DNA of 64,000 nt from Promethearchaeia archaeon (GCA_029856045.1 JAHQWG010000028.1:96001-160000), one strand, 5' to 3'; counted from the first letter of the stretch, positions 49,160 to 59,994 are shown. The notes: generated by a model not told the origin, from the sequence alone. Numbers and translations: made by a program.

Positions 49160-49954
49160 CTATTCTTTCTTTTTATCGTTTTTTTTCAGTAGATATTGTG
49201 CAAATATATTCATATATAAACATTCTTCAGGGTCCATTTGCATCGAACTTGGTGGTTTTTCTATAAATCTAACTGGTGCCCCTTTAATTAAAACAATGGG
49301 TGTTTGCTCATCAGCTTCACCGAGTAAAATTTGAGCTGCACTTACTAAATCGTCTGCTACAGCTCGTTGGGTAATTTGAAGTGGTCTTCCAAATAAATCG
49401 GCACGGCCTCGACAATCTTCAATTGGTTCAAAACCCGAAACTGCAATAGCTACACCAATGGTTCCTTTTTTTAAAGGTTGAACTCTTGAGTCGGCAATTA
49501 TTACTCCCAAATGTTTTAAATTGAATTCCTTTAAAAAAAAATTTCGATATTGATTAACAGTTTTTTGAGGGTTTTTTGGTAATAAAACAACAAAATTTTC
49601 ACCACCTGAATTTGAATGATCAATTCCTGCATTTGCAATTAACATACCGTTGATTTCTGCTAATACTACAGTATCTATTCCACCTAATACCATATCAGCT
49701 TCGCTTAATATCAACTCTACAATACGTTCATCCATTAAATATTTTAATGCTAACTCTTTTGCTTGATCTGAAACGTTTCTAATACTTGTAAGATCTACTA
49801 CTCTTCCTTGTGCAGTAGCAATAATTTTCTCAGAAATTACTATTATATCCTTATCACCAAGAATAATATCATTATCCTTGAATGTATCTAAAATAATTTG
49901 AAATAAATCATCATTGGGTTTAATAATTGGCAATTTCACACTATTAACAATCAT
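49160..49954 (-). CDS. cofE: coenzyme F420:gamma-glutamyl ligase (CofE) family protein
   Basis: SEKIIA, ANAGIDHSN, IIADS, GRADLFGRPLQIT, AVADDL, GEADEQTP. Confidence 0.88.
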   Translation of the reverse strand: MIVNSVKLPIIKPNDDLFQIILDTFKDNDIILGDKDIIVISEKIIATAQGRVVDLTSIRNVSDQAKELALKYLMDERIVELILSEADMVLGGIDTVVLAEINGMLIANAGIDHSNSGGENFVVLLPKNPQKTVNQYRNFFLKEFNLKHLGVIIADSRVQPLKKGTIGVAIAVSGFEPIEDCRGRADLFGRPLQITQRAVADDLVSAAQILLGEADEQTPIVLIKGAPVRFIEKPPSSMQMDPEECLYMNIFAQYLLKKNDKKKE

Positions 49955-50060
49955 ATAATCATCTATTATGGACTCAAGATAATTTCTCTTATTATAATAA
50001 AAGAAAATAATTAATATTTCATAATGTTTATTATTTTATAATAAAAAATTTCATAGAGAT

Positions 50061-50948
50061 GTGCGGGTTCATATGAACTTGATTAATATTAAATTGTTTG
50101 ATTGCTTAGAAATAGGAGATTCACATCCAATTGTTATCATGGGAGTTATAAATTTAAGTCCAGAATCTTTTTTTAAAGGTTCTGTTTTAAAAAATTTGAA
50201 TGATCTATCTTCCATTGTTAAAAATATGATTCAGAATGGCGCTAAAATTATAGATGTTGGTGCGCGTTCGACAGCTCCATGGTCTGCGAAAATTTCTATT
50301 GATGAAGAATTAAAACGGATAATACCTGTAATAAAAAGGGTATGCAAATTAATCCCACAAGAGATAATAATCTCCGTTGATACTCAATACAGGAAGATTG
50401 CAGAAAAATGCTATGAAATAACGAAGGAACACAATAAGTATATGATTATTAATGATGTTTCTAATCTTAAAACAGATTCGACTCTGAAAGATTTAATAAT
50501 TGAAAAAGAAATCCCGATAATATTAATGGCATCAGAGAAAATACCTGGAGACCTTCTGTCAATTGAGGAGATTACGGATAAATTAAAGGAATCGATAATA
50601 TCTCTAGAGAATGAGGGTTTTGCAGGTGATAAAACTATAATAGATCCGGGAATTGGAGCCTGGATTAAGGAAAAAACGTTCCAATATGATATTGGTATAA
50701 TCAATAATCTTAATAAACTAAAATCTCTAAAGAAGCCAATACTTGTTGCAATATCCAGAAAATCTTTTATTGGAAATGCATTGGATATTCCCGATCCTAA
50801 AGATAGATATTTTGGATCATTGTCATCTACGGCTATTGCTATTTATAATGGTGCTCATATAGTTAGAACTCACGATGTGGAGAAAAATTTCCTTGATTTC
50901 ATAAAAATGTCTAAAATAATAAGAGAGCATAGGAAAAATTGGATTTAA
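50061..50948 (+). CDS. folP: dihydropteroate synthase
   Basis: MGVINLSPESF, IDVGARSTAP, ISVDT, INDVS, IDPGIG, SRKSFIG, VRTHDV. Confidence 0.9.
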   Translation: MRVHMNLINIKLFDCLEIGDSHPIVIMGVINLSPESFFKGSVLKNLNDLSSIVKNMIQNGAKIIDVGARSTAPWSAKISIDEELKRIIPVIKRVCKLIPQEIIISVDTQYRKIAEKCYEITKEHNKYMIINDVSNLKTDSTLKDLIIEKEIPIILMASEKIPGDLLSIEEITDKLKESIISLENEGFAGDKTIIDPGIGAWIKEKTFQYDIGIINNLNKLKSLKKPILVAISRKSFIGNALDIPDPKDRYFGSLSSTAIAIYNGAHIVRTHDVEKNFLDFIKMSKIIREHRKNWI

Positions 50949-51211
50949 ATGATATCATCTTCTTGGAACAGAGTATTTTTTGAATAATAATTGTTAATAA
51001 AATTACGCAACTCATTTCGAAAAGCAATAATAATTTCATATTTTCATTCTAGATTTTGATAATTTATTTCCCAAAATTGATAAAAAAAACTCCCATAGGT
51101 TTATATCGTTAAGTAACTTATATTTATATTGAAACCTACAAATAAAGAATACGTTTTCACCTCTAATAAATCAAATTTAATTAGAAAAAAATAGGTAGGA
51201 AGGATTAAATT

Positions 51212-53224
51212 TTGGATTCAAATAAACACCCCCAGAATCAAAACAATTCCGTTTATGATGCAGAAAGTATTAAGGTTTTAAAGGGACTAGAAGGAGTTAG
51301 AAAAAGACCTGCCATGTATATTGGTGATACTGGGGAAAATGGACTGCACCACCTTATTTTTGAAGTCATTGATAATTCAATAGATGAAAGTTTGGCAGGA
51401 TTTTGCGATAAAATTGATATTCTTATCAATTCTGATAATTCTGTTGAGATTAGAGACAATGGACGTGGAATTCCAATCGGAAAACACCCAGAATATGAGA
51501 AATACACTCCAGAAGTTATTCTTGAGCATTTACATGCAGGAGGTAAATTTGATAGTAAAGCATATAGGATATCAGGTGGCTTGCATGGAGTGGGGCTTTC
51601 TGTTGTGAGTGCACTAACTGAAAAATTGATTGTTGAAATAAAAAGAGAGGGAAAATTTTATAAACAAATATTTTCTAAAGGCTTAAGTGTTTCCGAACCT
51701 GAAATAATAAATTTACCAGAAAATGAAGTGAATATAACTGAAACCAAAATCTCATTCTATCCAGATAATGAAATATTTGATTTTAATCCCGAAGATGATA
51801 TATGGAATATTAATAAAATATCTAATCGCGTGAGAGAATTAGCTTTTCTTAGTCCCAACACAAAATTTTCAATCCTAAATGAAAATATTGAAGAACCCAT
51901 TGAATATTATTTTAAGGAGGGCTTGATAGATTTTGTATCTTTTCTTAATAAAAATAAGAAATTACTGATTCCAAGTCCAATTTATTTTAAAAAAGCTTTT
52001 GTTAAAAAAAAAGAATCTGGTACGGAAGAAATTTTAGTTGAAGTCGCTATGCAATATAATCAAAGTTATGGGACAAACATTTTAACTTTTGTAAATACAA
52101 TCAATACTATAGAAGGGGGTACTCACTTAACCGGATTTAAAGGTGCATTAACAAGGGTTATGAATTCATACCTTGAAAATGAACAATTTAAGAAATTTAA
52201 AGACGTGATATTATCAGGAGAAGATGTTAAAGAAGGATTAACAGCAATTCTCTCAATAATGTTGCCTGATCCACAATTTGAAAGCCAAACAAAGATAAAA
52301 CTAGGAAATCCTGAAGTAAGACAAATAGTTAGTAAGATTGTATCTAATGAATTAGAAAAATATTTGGAAGAAAATCCAGAGACTGCAAAATCAATAATTT
52401 ATAAAGCGTTGGAAGCAAAAAAAGCAAGGGATGCTGCTCAAAAAGCGAGATCGTTAATTCGTAGGAAGTCTGCTTTAGATTCAATTCGATTACCTGGTAA
52501 ACTTGCAGATTGCTCTTCAAGTGAATCAGAAAAATGCGAACTTTTTATTGTTGAGGGATCCTCGGCTGGTGGTTCGGCCAAACAAGGGCGTGATAGAGAA
52601 TTTCAAGCCATTTTACCTTTACGAGGGAAAATTCTAAATGTTGAAAAATCCCGAATTCATAAAATTCTTAATAATAACGAGATACAAGCAATGATTAAAA
52701 CTATTGACGCAGGAATTGAGGGTATAGATGATGAACCTTTCGATTTATCTAAACTTCGTTATCACAAAATTATTATTATGTGTGATGCAGACATCGATGG
52801 ATCTCATATTGAAACACTTTTATTAACTTTTTTCTTTAGATATATGCGCCCATTAATTGAAAAGGGACATCTTTACATTGCTTTACCTCCTTTATACAAA
52901 ATTAATTATAAAAAATTTGAAAAATATGCATTCAATGACAAAGAAAGGGATAATACAGTTAAGGATTTAATGGAAAAGTACAAAATAAAAATAGAAAACA
53001 AGGGATCTATAAAAATACAGCGGTATAAAGGTTTGGGAGAAATGAATCCTCAAGAGTTATATGAAACAACGATGAAAAAGGATAATCGATCACTTTTAAG
53101 AGTTAAAATTGAAGATTTCATTGAAACTGATCAAATTTTTTCTCAATTGATGGGAGATGAAGTCCAACCCAGAAAAAAATTTATTGTAGAGAAATATAAG
53201 GATGTAAAAGTCTTGGATATTTAA
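51212..53224 (+). CDS. gyrB: DNA gyrase subunit B
   Basis: VRKRPAMYIG, EVIDNSIDE, DNGRGIP, LHAGGKF, PGKLADC, VEGSSAGG, PLRGK, DADIDG, QRYKGLGEM. Confidence 0.96.
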   Translation: MDSNKHPQNQNNSVYDAESIKVLKGLEGVRKRPAMYIGDTGENGLHHLIFEVIDNSIDESLAGFCDKIDILINSDNSVEIRDNGRGIPIGKHPEYEKYTPEVILEHLHAGGKFDSKAYRISGGLHGVGLSVVSALTEKLIVEIKREGKFYKQIFSKGLSVSEPEIINLPENEVNITETKISFYPDNEIFDFNPEDDIWNINKISNRVRELAFLSPNTKFSILNENIEEPIEYYFKEGLIDFVSFLNKNKKLLIPSPIYFKKAFVKKKESGTEEILVEVAMQYNQSYGTNILTFVNTINTIEGGTHLTGFKGALTRVMNSYLENEQFKKFKDVILSGEDVKEGLTAILSIMLPDPQFESQTKIKLGNPEVRQIVSKIVSNELEKYLEENPETAKSIIYKALEAKKARDAAQKARSLIRRKSALDSIRLPGKLADCSSSESEKCELFIVEGSSAGGSAKQGRDREFQAILPLRGKILNVEKSRIHKILNNNEIQAMIKTIDAGIEGIDDEPFDLSKLRYHKIIIMCDADIDGSHIETLLLTFFFRYMRPLIEKGHLYIALPPLYKINYKKFEKYAFNDKERDNTVKDLMEKYKIKIENKGSIKIQRYKGLGEMNPQELYETTMKKDNRSLLRVKIEDFIETDQIFSQLMGDEVQPRKKFIVEKYKDVKVLDI

Positions 53225-53261
53225 TTTTATTTTTTTTATCACTAAAAATTAGAGTGAAATT

Positions 53262-55709
53262 ATGAGTTCAGAAAAAATTTTCGAAAAAAAAATTGGAATT
53301 GAGTTAGAGGAAAGATATATTGATTATGCAATGTCCGTGATTGTTGGGCGAGCTATTCCTGATGTTAGAGATGGATTAAAGCCGGTCCATAGACGAATAC
53401 TCTATACAATGTATAGAGACAATTTCCTTTATACTAGACCCTTTGTTAAAAGTGCTAAAATAGTTGGGTATGTGCTTGGTGATTATCATCCTCATGGAGA
53501 CCAAGCCATTTATAATTCATTGGTTCGATTAGCTCAAGATTTTTCGATAAGATATCCTCTGATTCAAGGTCATGGTAATTTTGGTTCTGTTGATGGTGAT
53601 CTACCCGCAGCGATGCGATATACAGAAGCAAGGTTAGCACAAATTTCAAATGAAATTTTTGAAGATATCACAAAAGAGACAGTAGAGTTTGTGGATAATT
53701 TTGATGGATCAAATAAAGAACCAAAAGTTTTACCTTCAAAATTTCCAACTTTATTAGTAAATGGAACGAGTGGAATTGCGGTTGGAATGTCGACTAATAT
53801 GGCGCCGCACAATTTAACCGAAATTTGCAATGGTATTATTGCGAAAATTGAAAAACCAGAAATTTCAATTACAGAACTCTCAAAAATTATCAAAGGTCCC
53901 GACTTCCCAACTGGAGGGATTATTATAAATCCCAAAAGCATATTACAATCATATAAAACGGGTCGAGGAAAATTAATAATAAGAGGAAAAATTTCTGTAG
54001 AAACCAATAAGAAAGATAAGACAGCAGTTGTAATAACAGAAATTCCTTATTTAGTAAATAAAACTTCTCTTATGCATTCAATTGCAAAACTCATTAGCAA
54101 TAAAGAGATGCCAGATATTAAAGCCTTAAGGGATGAGTCAGATCAAAAGGGTATGAGAATAGTTATTGAACTCTCCAAGGATGGAGAACCTAAACTTGTT
54201 GAAAATATTCTCTATAAAAAAACAAAACTCCAAGATTCATTTAATATAATTAATTTAACACTAATAAATAAAGGATTAAAACCCAAAATCCTAAATTTAC
54301 TTGAATTAATTAAAGAATATTTAAATCATAGAGAAAGAGTTATATACAAACGTTCTGTATTTAACCGAGATGAGGCTAAAAAGAAATTACATAAAATTGA
54401 AGGTTTATTAATTGCTCTCGATGATATTGATAACATCATTCAAATAATAAAAAGTTCTAAAGACGCAGCAGAAGCAAATAAAAAATTGATAACAAAATAT
54501 AGTCTAACCAAAATTCAATCTGAGGCAATTTTATCTATGAGACTTTCAAGGTTAACAAGCTTAGAAAGACAAAAACTGGTAGATGATAAAAAAGATTTAA
54601 TCATTAAGATAAAAGAACTTGAAGAAATTATTGCAGATGAAAAAATAAGATATAAAATTATAAAAAATGAGTTAATAGAATTATCCAAAAAGTTCGGTGA
54701 TAAACGTAGAACACAGATCATAGATTTATCTCATCAAAAAGAGATTAAACGACAAGATTTAATCAAGATTAAATCAAATATTGTTATACTTACTAGCAAT
54801 CAATATATTAAACGACTTCCGACAGAAGTTTATCAACGACAGCTACGGGGCGGTAAAGGGAAAAAAATTATGAAAATGGATGAAGAAGATTTCATACAAG
54901 ACATTTTCTCATGTGTCACACATGATTCTATCTTATTTTTTACTAGTAAGGGACGAATTTATTCCCTAAAGTGTTATAACCTTCCAAAACAATTAAGAAC
55001 ATCTAAAGGTCGCTCAATCATTAGATTACTAAACCTAAAAGAAAATGAAAAAATCGCCCATATGATTCCGATTAGCAAATTCTCAGAAGATGATAAACTT
55101 ATTTTTGTAACTAAAAATGGGTTAGTCAAGAAAACTTTATTAAAATATTTCTTAAAAATATCAAAAAGTGGAATAATTGCAATCAAAATCAGACCAGATG
55201 ATGAGTTGATAACAGTATTAAAACTCGAAGATGAAAATAAAGATATTTTTATTGGAACAAAAAATGGTTATGCCTCTAGATTTGCCGTTAAACAACTTAA
55301 AAATCTAGGAAGGACAGCAATGGGCGTGGGGGGTATAAAATTACGAGAAAATGATGAGGTAATCGGTGTTTTATTAACGGATGAGAAAACCAAAATTCTC
55401 ACTTTAACTAAAAAAGGATTAGGAAAATGTAGTTCGATTAAAGAATACAGAAAAACCTCAAGAAACGCAAAAGGAGTTATAAATATTCATTTTAAATCGA
55501 AGGATGATGAAGTAATCGCTATACAACGGGCTGCGGGGCAAGATCTATTAATAGGAACTAAAAAAGGACAAGTAGTAAGAATCCATTCTGATTCAATTAG
55601 AGTTAGCCACAGAGTCACACAAGGAGTTAAAGCAATGGATCTTTACGAGGATGATGAGGTCGTTACTATAGGAAAATGTACAGAAGTGGTAAACGACAGA
55701 TTAAAGTAA
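53262..55709 (+). CDS. gyrA: DNA gyrase subunit A
   Basis: DGLKPVHRR, YHPHGD, AAMRYTE (catalytic Tyr), GyrA-box-like QLRGGKG, beta-pinwheel C-terminal domain. Confidence 0.96.
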   Translation: MSSEKIFEKKIGIELEERYIDYAMSVIVGRAIPDVRDGLKPVHRRILYTMYRDNFLYTRPFVKSAKIVGYVLGDYHPHGDQAIYNSLVRLAQDFSIRYPLIQGHGNFGSVDGDLPAAMRYTEARLAQISNEIFEDITKETVEFVDNFDGSNKEPKVLPSKFPTLLVNGTSGIAVGMSTNMAPHNLTEICNGIIAKIEKPEISITELSKIIKGPDFPTGGIIINPKSILQSYKTGRGKLIIRGKISVETNKKDKTAVVITEIPYLVNKTSLMHSIAKLISNKEMPDIKALRDESDQKGMRIVIELSKDGEPKLVENILYKKTKLQDSFNIINLTLINKGLKPKILNLLELIKEYLNHRERVIYKRSVFNRDEAKKKLHKIEGLLIALDDIDNIIQIIKSSKDAAEANKKLITKYSLTKIQSEAILSMRLSRLTSLERQKLVDDKKDLIIKIKELEEIIADEKIRYKIIKNELIELSKKFGDKRRTQIIDLSHQKEIKRQDLIKIKSNIVILTSNQYIKRLPTEVYQRQLRGGKGKKIMKMDEEDFIQDIFSCVTHDSILFFTSKGRIYSLKCYNLPKQLRTSKGRSIIRLLNLKENEKIAHMIPISKFSEDDKLIFVTKNGLVKKTLLKYFLKISKSGIIAIKIRPDDELITVLKLEDENKDIFIGTKNGYASRFAVKQLKNLGRTAMGVGGIKLRENDEVIGVLLTDEKTKILTLTKKGLGKCSSIKEYRKTSRNAKGVINIHFKSKDDEVIAIQRAAGQDLLIGTKKGQVVRIHSDSIRVSHRVTQGVKAMDLYEDDEVVTIGKCTEVVNDRLK

Positions 55710-55774
55710 TAAATAATAGATTATTGGAAAAAATCCAAATATTAATTCAGTTTGAGATATTTAAAAAATTAAAA

Positions 55775-56329
55775 TTATAAATAACGAATTTCAGGTTCAA
55801 TTTTCTCCCTTGACAAAGTTAAAAACCCATATGAGTTAATATCCGTAAATTTCTTATCAGTTGGGGTTCCGGGATTAATGAAATATTGATTATCAACCTT
55901 CTCGGTTAATGGCTTGTGTATGTGTCCAAATAATATAATGTGATATTTTTCCAAATCAATATGTTTCTTTAAACGTCGAATCACCATATTAGGACCACCC
56001 CAACCATGTAATAATAAAATGTTATATCCATACGCAGTTAATTCTATGCGTTCAGGCAATTTAGAATTTATCTTCGAATCATCCATATTCCCCCTAATTC
56101 CAATAACTTTATCCCTTCCAAATATATCTTGCAAGCCTTCATACACGCTATAATCCGTAAAGTCACCCAAATGAAATACATAATCCACCTCCTTATCTAA
56201 AAAATCATCAATAATTACTTTAGGAATTTCTGCACATCGAGAAGGGATGTGAGTATCTGCTATCAAACCAATAAAAATTTCATCTTTACTATCATCAATC
56301 ATAAGAAGATACCCAACTTTTGGACTCAA
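55775..56329 (-). CDS. YfcE/Vps29-like metallophosphoesterase
   Basis: ADTH, HLGD, RGNMD, HG, GHIH, NPG; true start may be the ATG at 56302. Confidence 0.88.
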   Translation of the reverse strand: MSPKVGYLLMIDDSKDEIFIGLIADTHIPSRCAEIPKVIIDDFLDKEVDYVFHLGDFTDYSVYEGLQDIFGRDKVIGIRGNMDDSKINSKLPERIELTAYGYNILLLHGWGGPNMVIRRLKKHIDLEKYHIILFGHIHKPLTEKVDNQYFINPGTPTDKKFTDINSYGFLTLSREKIEPEIRYL

Positions 56330-56492
56330 TTTTTGAGATATCTTATTAGTAGAAATTATTTAAATACTTTAAACAATATTAAATTAATATAATTTAATTA
56401 ACATTAATTTAAGAGAATTCTTATAAATTATATAACAATCTTTCTTTATCAAAATTAATAGAGGAAATTTATTTAATAGGAGAGGATTAAAT

Positions 56493-57113
56493 ATTCCAAG
56501 TCGTCGCGGAGATGGAACACTTGTATTCAAAGTTGTATTCTGGGGTCCCTCTTTAGGAGGGAAAACTACTGCTTTAGAATGGGTTTACAAGAAGGAGGGG
56601 CTTGCTTCAGGTGATATGCAGCAAATAGCTGACCCAACTGGAAGAACCCTCTTTTTTGACAGAGTTGTCGCTCGAGTAAGCAATGTAGTTTTTCAAGTAT
56701 ATACCGTTGCTGGCCAGAGACGCCATAAGTTCCAGAGACGAACGGTCCTCAAAGGAACTGACTGCATCCTCTTCTTTTGGGACAGTTTAATCGACCAGTG
56801 GGAAGAAAATATATGGAGTTTAAAAGAATTATTACAATTTTATGGAGATAAATTAATTTCTAAAAGTTTTTCTGACCCAGCGGAAGTTCCACTCGTTGTT
56901 TGTGCAAATAAACGTGATTTAGAAGATATTGTAGAGATAAATAAGATTCGCGAAGTTCTTGATAAAGCTAAGTTAAATCAAACGTTGGTCTATGAAACGA
57001 TCGCAATTACCGGAGTTAATGTGAAGCGAGGATTTGTTTATGCTGCACGCCAGGGGGTGCTAAATCATTATAAAAAACTTCAGGGCGAAGTGTCCGAGCA
57101 AGAGACTGCGTAA
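56493..57113 (+). CDS. MglA-like small GTPase, extended upstream to a probable ATT start
   Basis: P-loop KVVFWGPSLGGKTT lies in frame upstream of the ORF-track ATG (56616); RTLFFD, YTVAGQ, NKRD; SD-like GGAGAGGA upstream. Confidence 0.85.
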   Translation: MPSRRGDGTLVFKVVFWGPSLGGKTTALEWVYKKEGLASGDMQQIADPTGRTLFFDRVVARVSNVVFQVYTVAGQRRHKFQRRTVLKGTDCILFFWDSLIDQWEENIWSLKELLQFYGDKLISKSFSDPAEVPLVVCANKRDLEDIVEINKIREVLDKAKLNQTLVYETIAITGVNVKRGFVYAARQGVLNHYKKLQGEVSEQETA

Positions 57114-57139
57114 AATTTTAATTTTGTATTTGGGTTAAT

Positions 57140-59338
57140 TTAGATTATTTCTTGAACAATTTTATTTATTTCATCTAAAATATTGCTAATTTTTTCTTTT
57201 ACTTTTATTACGCTAATTTTTTCATCTTTTTGGATAATATCATTTACTTTTTCTTCTGATTTCATACCAATCTTTGATAATTTTTGATGATTAGAATTGT
57301 TGGGATCAAATTCAGGTATGGAGAAATCAAATGGTCGTTTATGAATATGGCGACTACTTTTTACAATCTTGATATTTTCACTAAGGATGGGTGCATTTAA
57401 AATACTTGTTAAATAATAGGCTTCTTCCTTGTAATTAGTTGAGAAATAATAATTTTCAGAACAAATAATGATTTTTTCTATCTCATTATTAATTACTGCA
57501 GATTTTATATTGGAACCGCTTGCGTTGTAAACTACTAGAAATTTTTTATTTGAATTTTGTTTGCTTAATTTATTCCAATAGTTTAGATTATCAAAAAGGG
57601 TGTTAATATTGCTTGTTCCTTTCTTGAATTTCTTGTAGGAATTATTAATTTTATTATAAAACTTTTCTCCGTAAGGAAGTTTTTCAAGGTATTTCTTAGA
57701 GAAATTTAATTTATCGTTAACAGGAAGAAAAATATTTCTTATTTTTTTTATGTAAAATGGAACGAGATCTTTATTCAAAAATGTTTTAAAATGAAAATTA
57801 TTTTCAATTAATTCTTCTTTAAAAAAATTTTTATTCCAAGGTGGTTTGGCTTGTTTTATTGAGTTTATATCAGGAGAAATTATTAAAATATTATCAGATT
57901 CCTGAACACCAACTATACAAAAATAAGTTAAAGCTCGAGGGACTAATGTAGCTCCTTGAAAGAATCTTTTTTTGTAATAGCTTGTTGAGAACTTTTTTAA
58001 TTTATGGTATTGCTCACTTGGAATAATAGATTTTGCACCTTGTTCGCTTATCTCAACAGAGAAATAATTGGTTTCTTTAATTAAATTCAAATTTTGGTCA
58101 AATATTTTTGCAGGAATTGGATATTTACTTTCAATTAAAGTTTTAGATATACTATTAATCTTATTTTGGGAATAATCAAATTTTGATTTGAGTATTATGA
58201 AATCCATATTAAAAAAAGTATATTTTTCAAAATCCCAGATTTCTAAATCATAGAAAAACTTGAAAGCTCGAAATTTTAAGCAGTGATCACCGGTTAAGAC
58301 GCTTTTAGTTAAGATTAAAAAAATAGTTCCATTATTTTTTAGAAATAATTTGGGGGTCTGGTAAAAAAATAATGAGGCTATCTCGATATGAGTAATATAT
58401 TGACTCTTAGGTTTTATTCCCAATCTATCTGCTAAATTTCTAAGATTAATTTGATATTTTTTATCATTTACATCTTTATATGTTAACCATGGAGGGTTTC
58501 CGATTATTAAATCAAATTTATTTTTAAAATCTTGATATGGAAATAGGAAATCATCTGTAGGATTTAATGGATCAAATCGATAAAAATTGACGGTAGGCAA
58601 AAAGTCCTCTAAAATATTATATATATCTTGAATATTTAAAAGGAAATTTGCAGTAGTTACTAAAATTGCTATTGGGTTTATGTCTAATCCGTAAATATTG
58701 TTTAAATTTTTTATTTTCTCTTTATTATTTAGGTCAGAATTTAGTATTATTTTTATTATTTCCATTAAAAACATACCTGAGCCACATGAACAATCAAGAA
58801 CTTTCATGCCTAATGAATAAGCATCTTCAATCATCAATATAGCTAGGTTTTTTGGAGTGAAATACTCTCCTTTTTCATGTCGAGCAGATTGATTAATCAT
58901 TTCTTGATAAATATGAAAAAATAAATCTTCATTTGAAATTTTATAATTCCCTATTTGATCTACGATTAAATTAGTAAATGAATCAGCATTGGAAAGCCAA
59001 TTGAATATCTCATTTATTTTTAAATGCTTTAATTTTTTATTAAATATTTCTTTTGTTTTATTTTTTTCTTGAATATTATGTAATTGTCTCTCTATGAAAT
59101 GTAAAATAATGGTCTTTACTAAATAATATAGATATGTATGGTTTAGGAATAGTTGGTGTGTTAGATTTTGTGATTTATATAATTTTTCAAAAGATTTCTT
59201 CCATTTGTTAAAATAAAAATCATAAGTTTTTCTTGATTTTCTTTTTGATTGATTTAAGTATTTAATTGAATTTTGAAAAAAAGCAGATTTATTTCCAAAC
59301 AATGTTGAGAGTTTTCTTGAATCTATAATAGAGTTCAT
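57140..59338 (-). CDS. N6-adenine DNA methyltransferase (orphan)
   Basis: GEYFTP, VLDCSCGSG, GLDINP, IGNPPW; target-recognition-like C-terminus. Confidence 0.87.
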   Translation of the reverse strand: MNSIIDSRKLSTLFGNKSAFFQNSIKYLNQSKRKSRKTYDFYFNKWKKSFEKLYKSQNLTHQLFLNHTYLYYLVKTIILHFIERQLHNIQEKNKTKEIFNKKLKHLKINEIFNWLSNADSFTNLIVDQIGNYKISNEDLFFHIYQEMINQSARHEKGEYFTPKNLAILMIEDAYSLGMKVLDCSCGSGMFLMEIIKIILNSDLNNKEKIKNLNNIYGLDINPIAILVTTANFLLNIQDIYNILEDFLPTVNFYRFDPLNPTDDFLFPYQDFKNKFDLIIGNPPWLTYKDVNDKKYQINLRNLADRLGIKPKSQYITHIEIASLFFYQTPKLFLKNNGTIFLILTKSVLTGDHCLKFRAFKFFYDLEIWDFEKYTFFNMDFIILKSKFDYSQNKINSISKTLIESKYPIPAKIFDQNLNLIKETNYFSVEISEQGAKSIIPSEQYHKLKKFSTSYYKKRFFQGATLVPRALTYFCIVGVQESDNILIISPDINSIKQAKPPWNKNFFKEELIENNFHFKTFLNKDLVPFYIKKIRNIFLPVNDKLNFSKKYLEKLPYGEKFYNKINNSYKKFKKGTSNINTLFDNLNYWNKLSKQNSNKKFLVVYNASGSNIKSAVINNEIEKIIICSENYYFSTNYKEEAYYLTSILNAPILSENIKIVKSSRHIHKRPFDFSIPEFDPNNSNHQKLSKIGMKSEEKVNDIIQKDEKISVIKVKEKISNILDEINKIVQEII

Positions 59339-59463
59339 AGTAGAATTGAATTAAAATTTGCTTTAATATATAAATAAATCTTGTTCCTAATAAAAACAGA
59401 TGAAATTATTAATTTAAATTTAGGAATTAAATGATATGTTTTAAAAATCTTTTTTTATGGGCA

Positions 59464-59994
59464 TTACCTCATAAAAGATGGAAGCATATTCGAGAAGATC
59501 TGTTCAATTCTCACTAATTTTTTTTTTTCTTTAACAAGAGTTCCTATTAAAATAGAATTAGTTAATTCTTTTTTTACCAAAGATGCTGCACTGAATACAA
59601 CTTCTTTTTCATTCATAACTAAGAGACATTTTACATTAGGGTTATTCACAATACTTACATTGGATTTTGTTTTTAAGTTATCGTAGTATTGTTGAAATTC
59701 TTGTGGGATAAATCTTCTGTCATTAATTATCATAAGTACAGGGATTCCCTTTTTAGCTACACTTAAAATATTTTCAGAATAGAAAGGTCCAATTTTTGGG
59801 GTTATTATTTTTAAACTAGATACAGTTGAGTTTATAACTGATAAAATTTTCTCATTTAGTGCTTCTTTTTTACCTTCAATTCCAGATGGAAAAAGATCAA
59901 TCAGACCGACAATGGAGATAATTTTTTGTTCGAGTTCATTTACCTTATCTCTTAATTTAGTATTTTCTAATCTTAATTGTGATATTCTATCCAT
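59464..59994 (-). CDS. coiled-coil plus degenerate phospholipase D-like fold protein
   Basis: N-terminal coiled coil; LKIITP, KGIPVLMII, VKCLLVMNEKEVVFSAASL resembling HxK(x4)D...GSxN without the catalytic residues. Confidence 0.55.
   Translation of the reverse strand: MDRISQLRLENTKLRDKVNELEQKIISIVGLIDLFPSGIEGKKEALNEKILSVINSTVSSLKIITPKIGPFYSENILSVAKKGIPVLMIINDRRFIPQEFQQYYDNLKTKSNVSIVNNPNVKCLLVMNEKEVVFSAASLVKKELTNSILIGTLVKEKKKLVRIEQIFSNMLPSFMR

Noticed and set aside
51212-55709. Inteins in gyrase genes
   Set aside because: Lengths are normal and no C/S...HN intein boundaries were seen.
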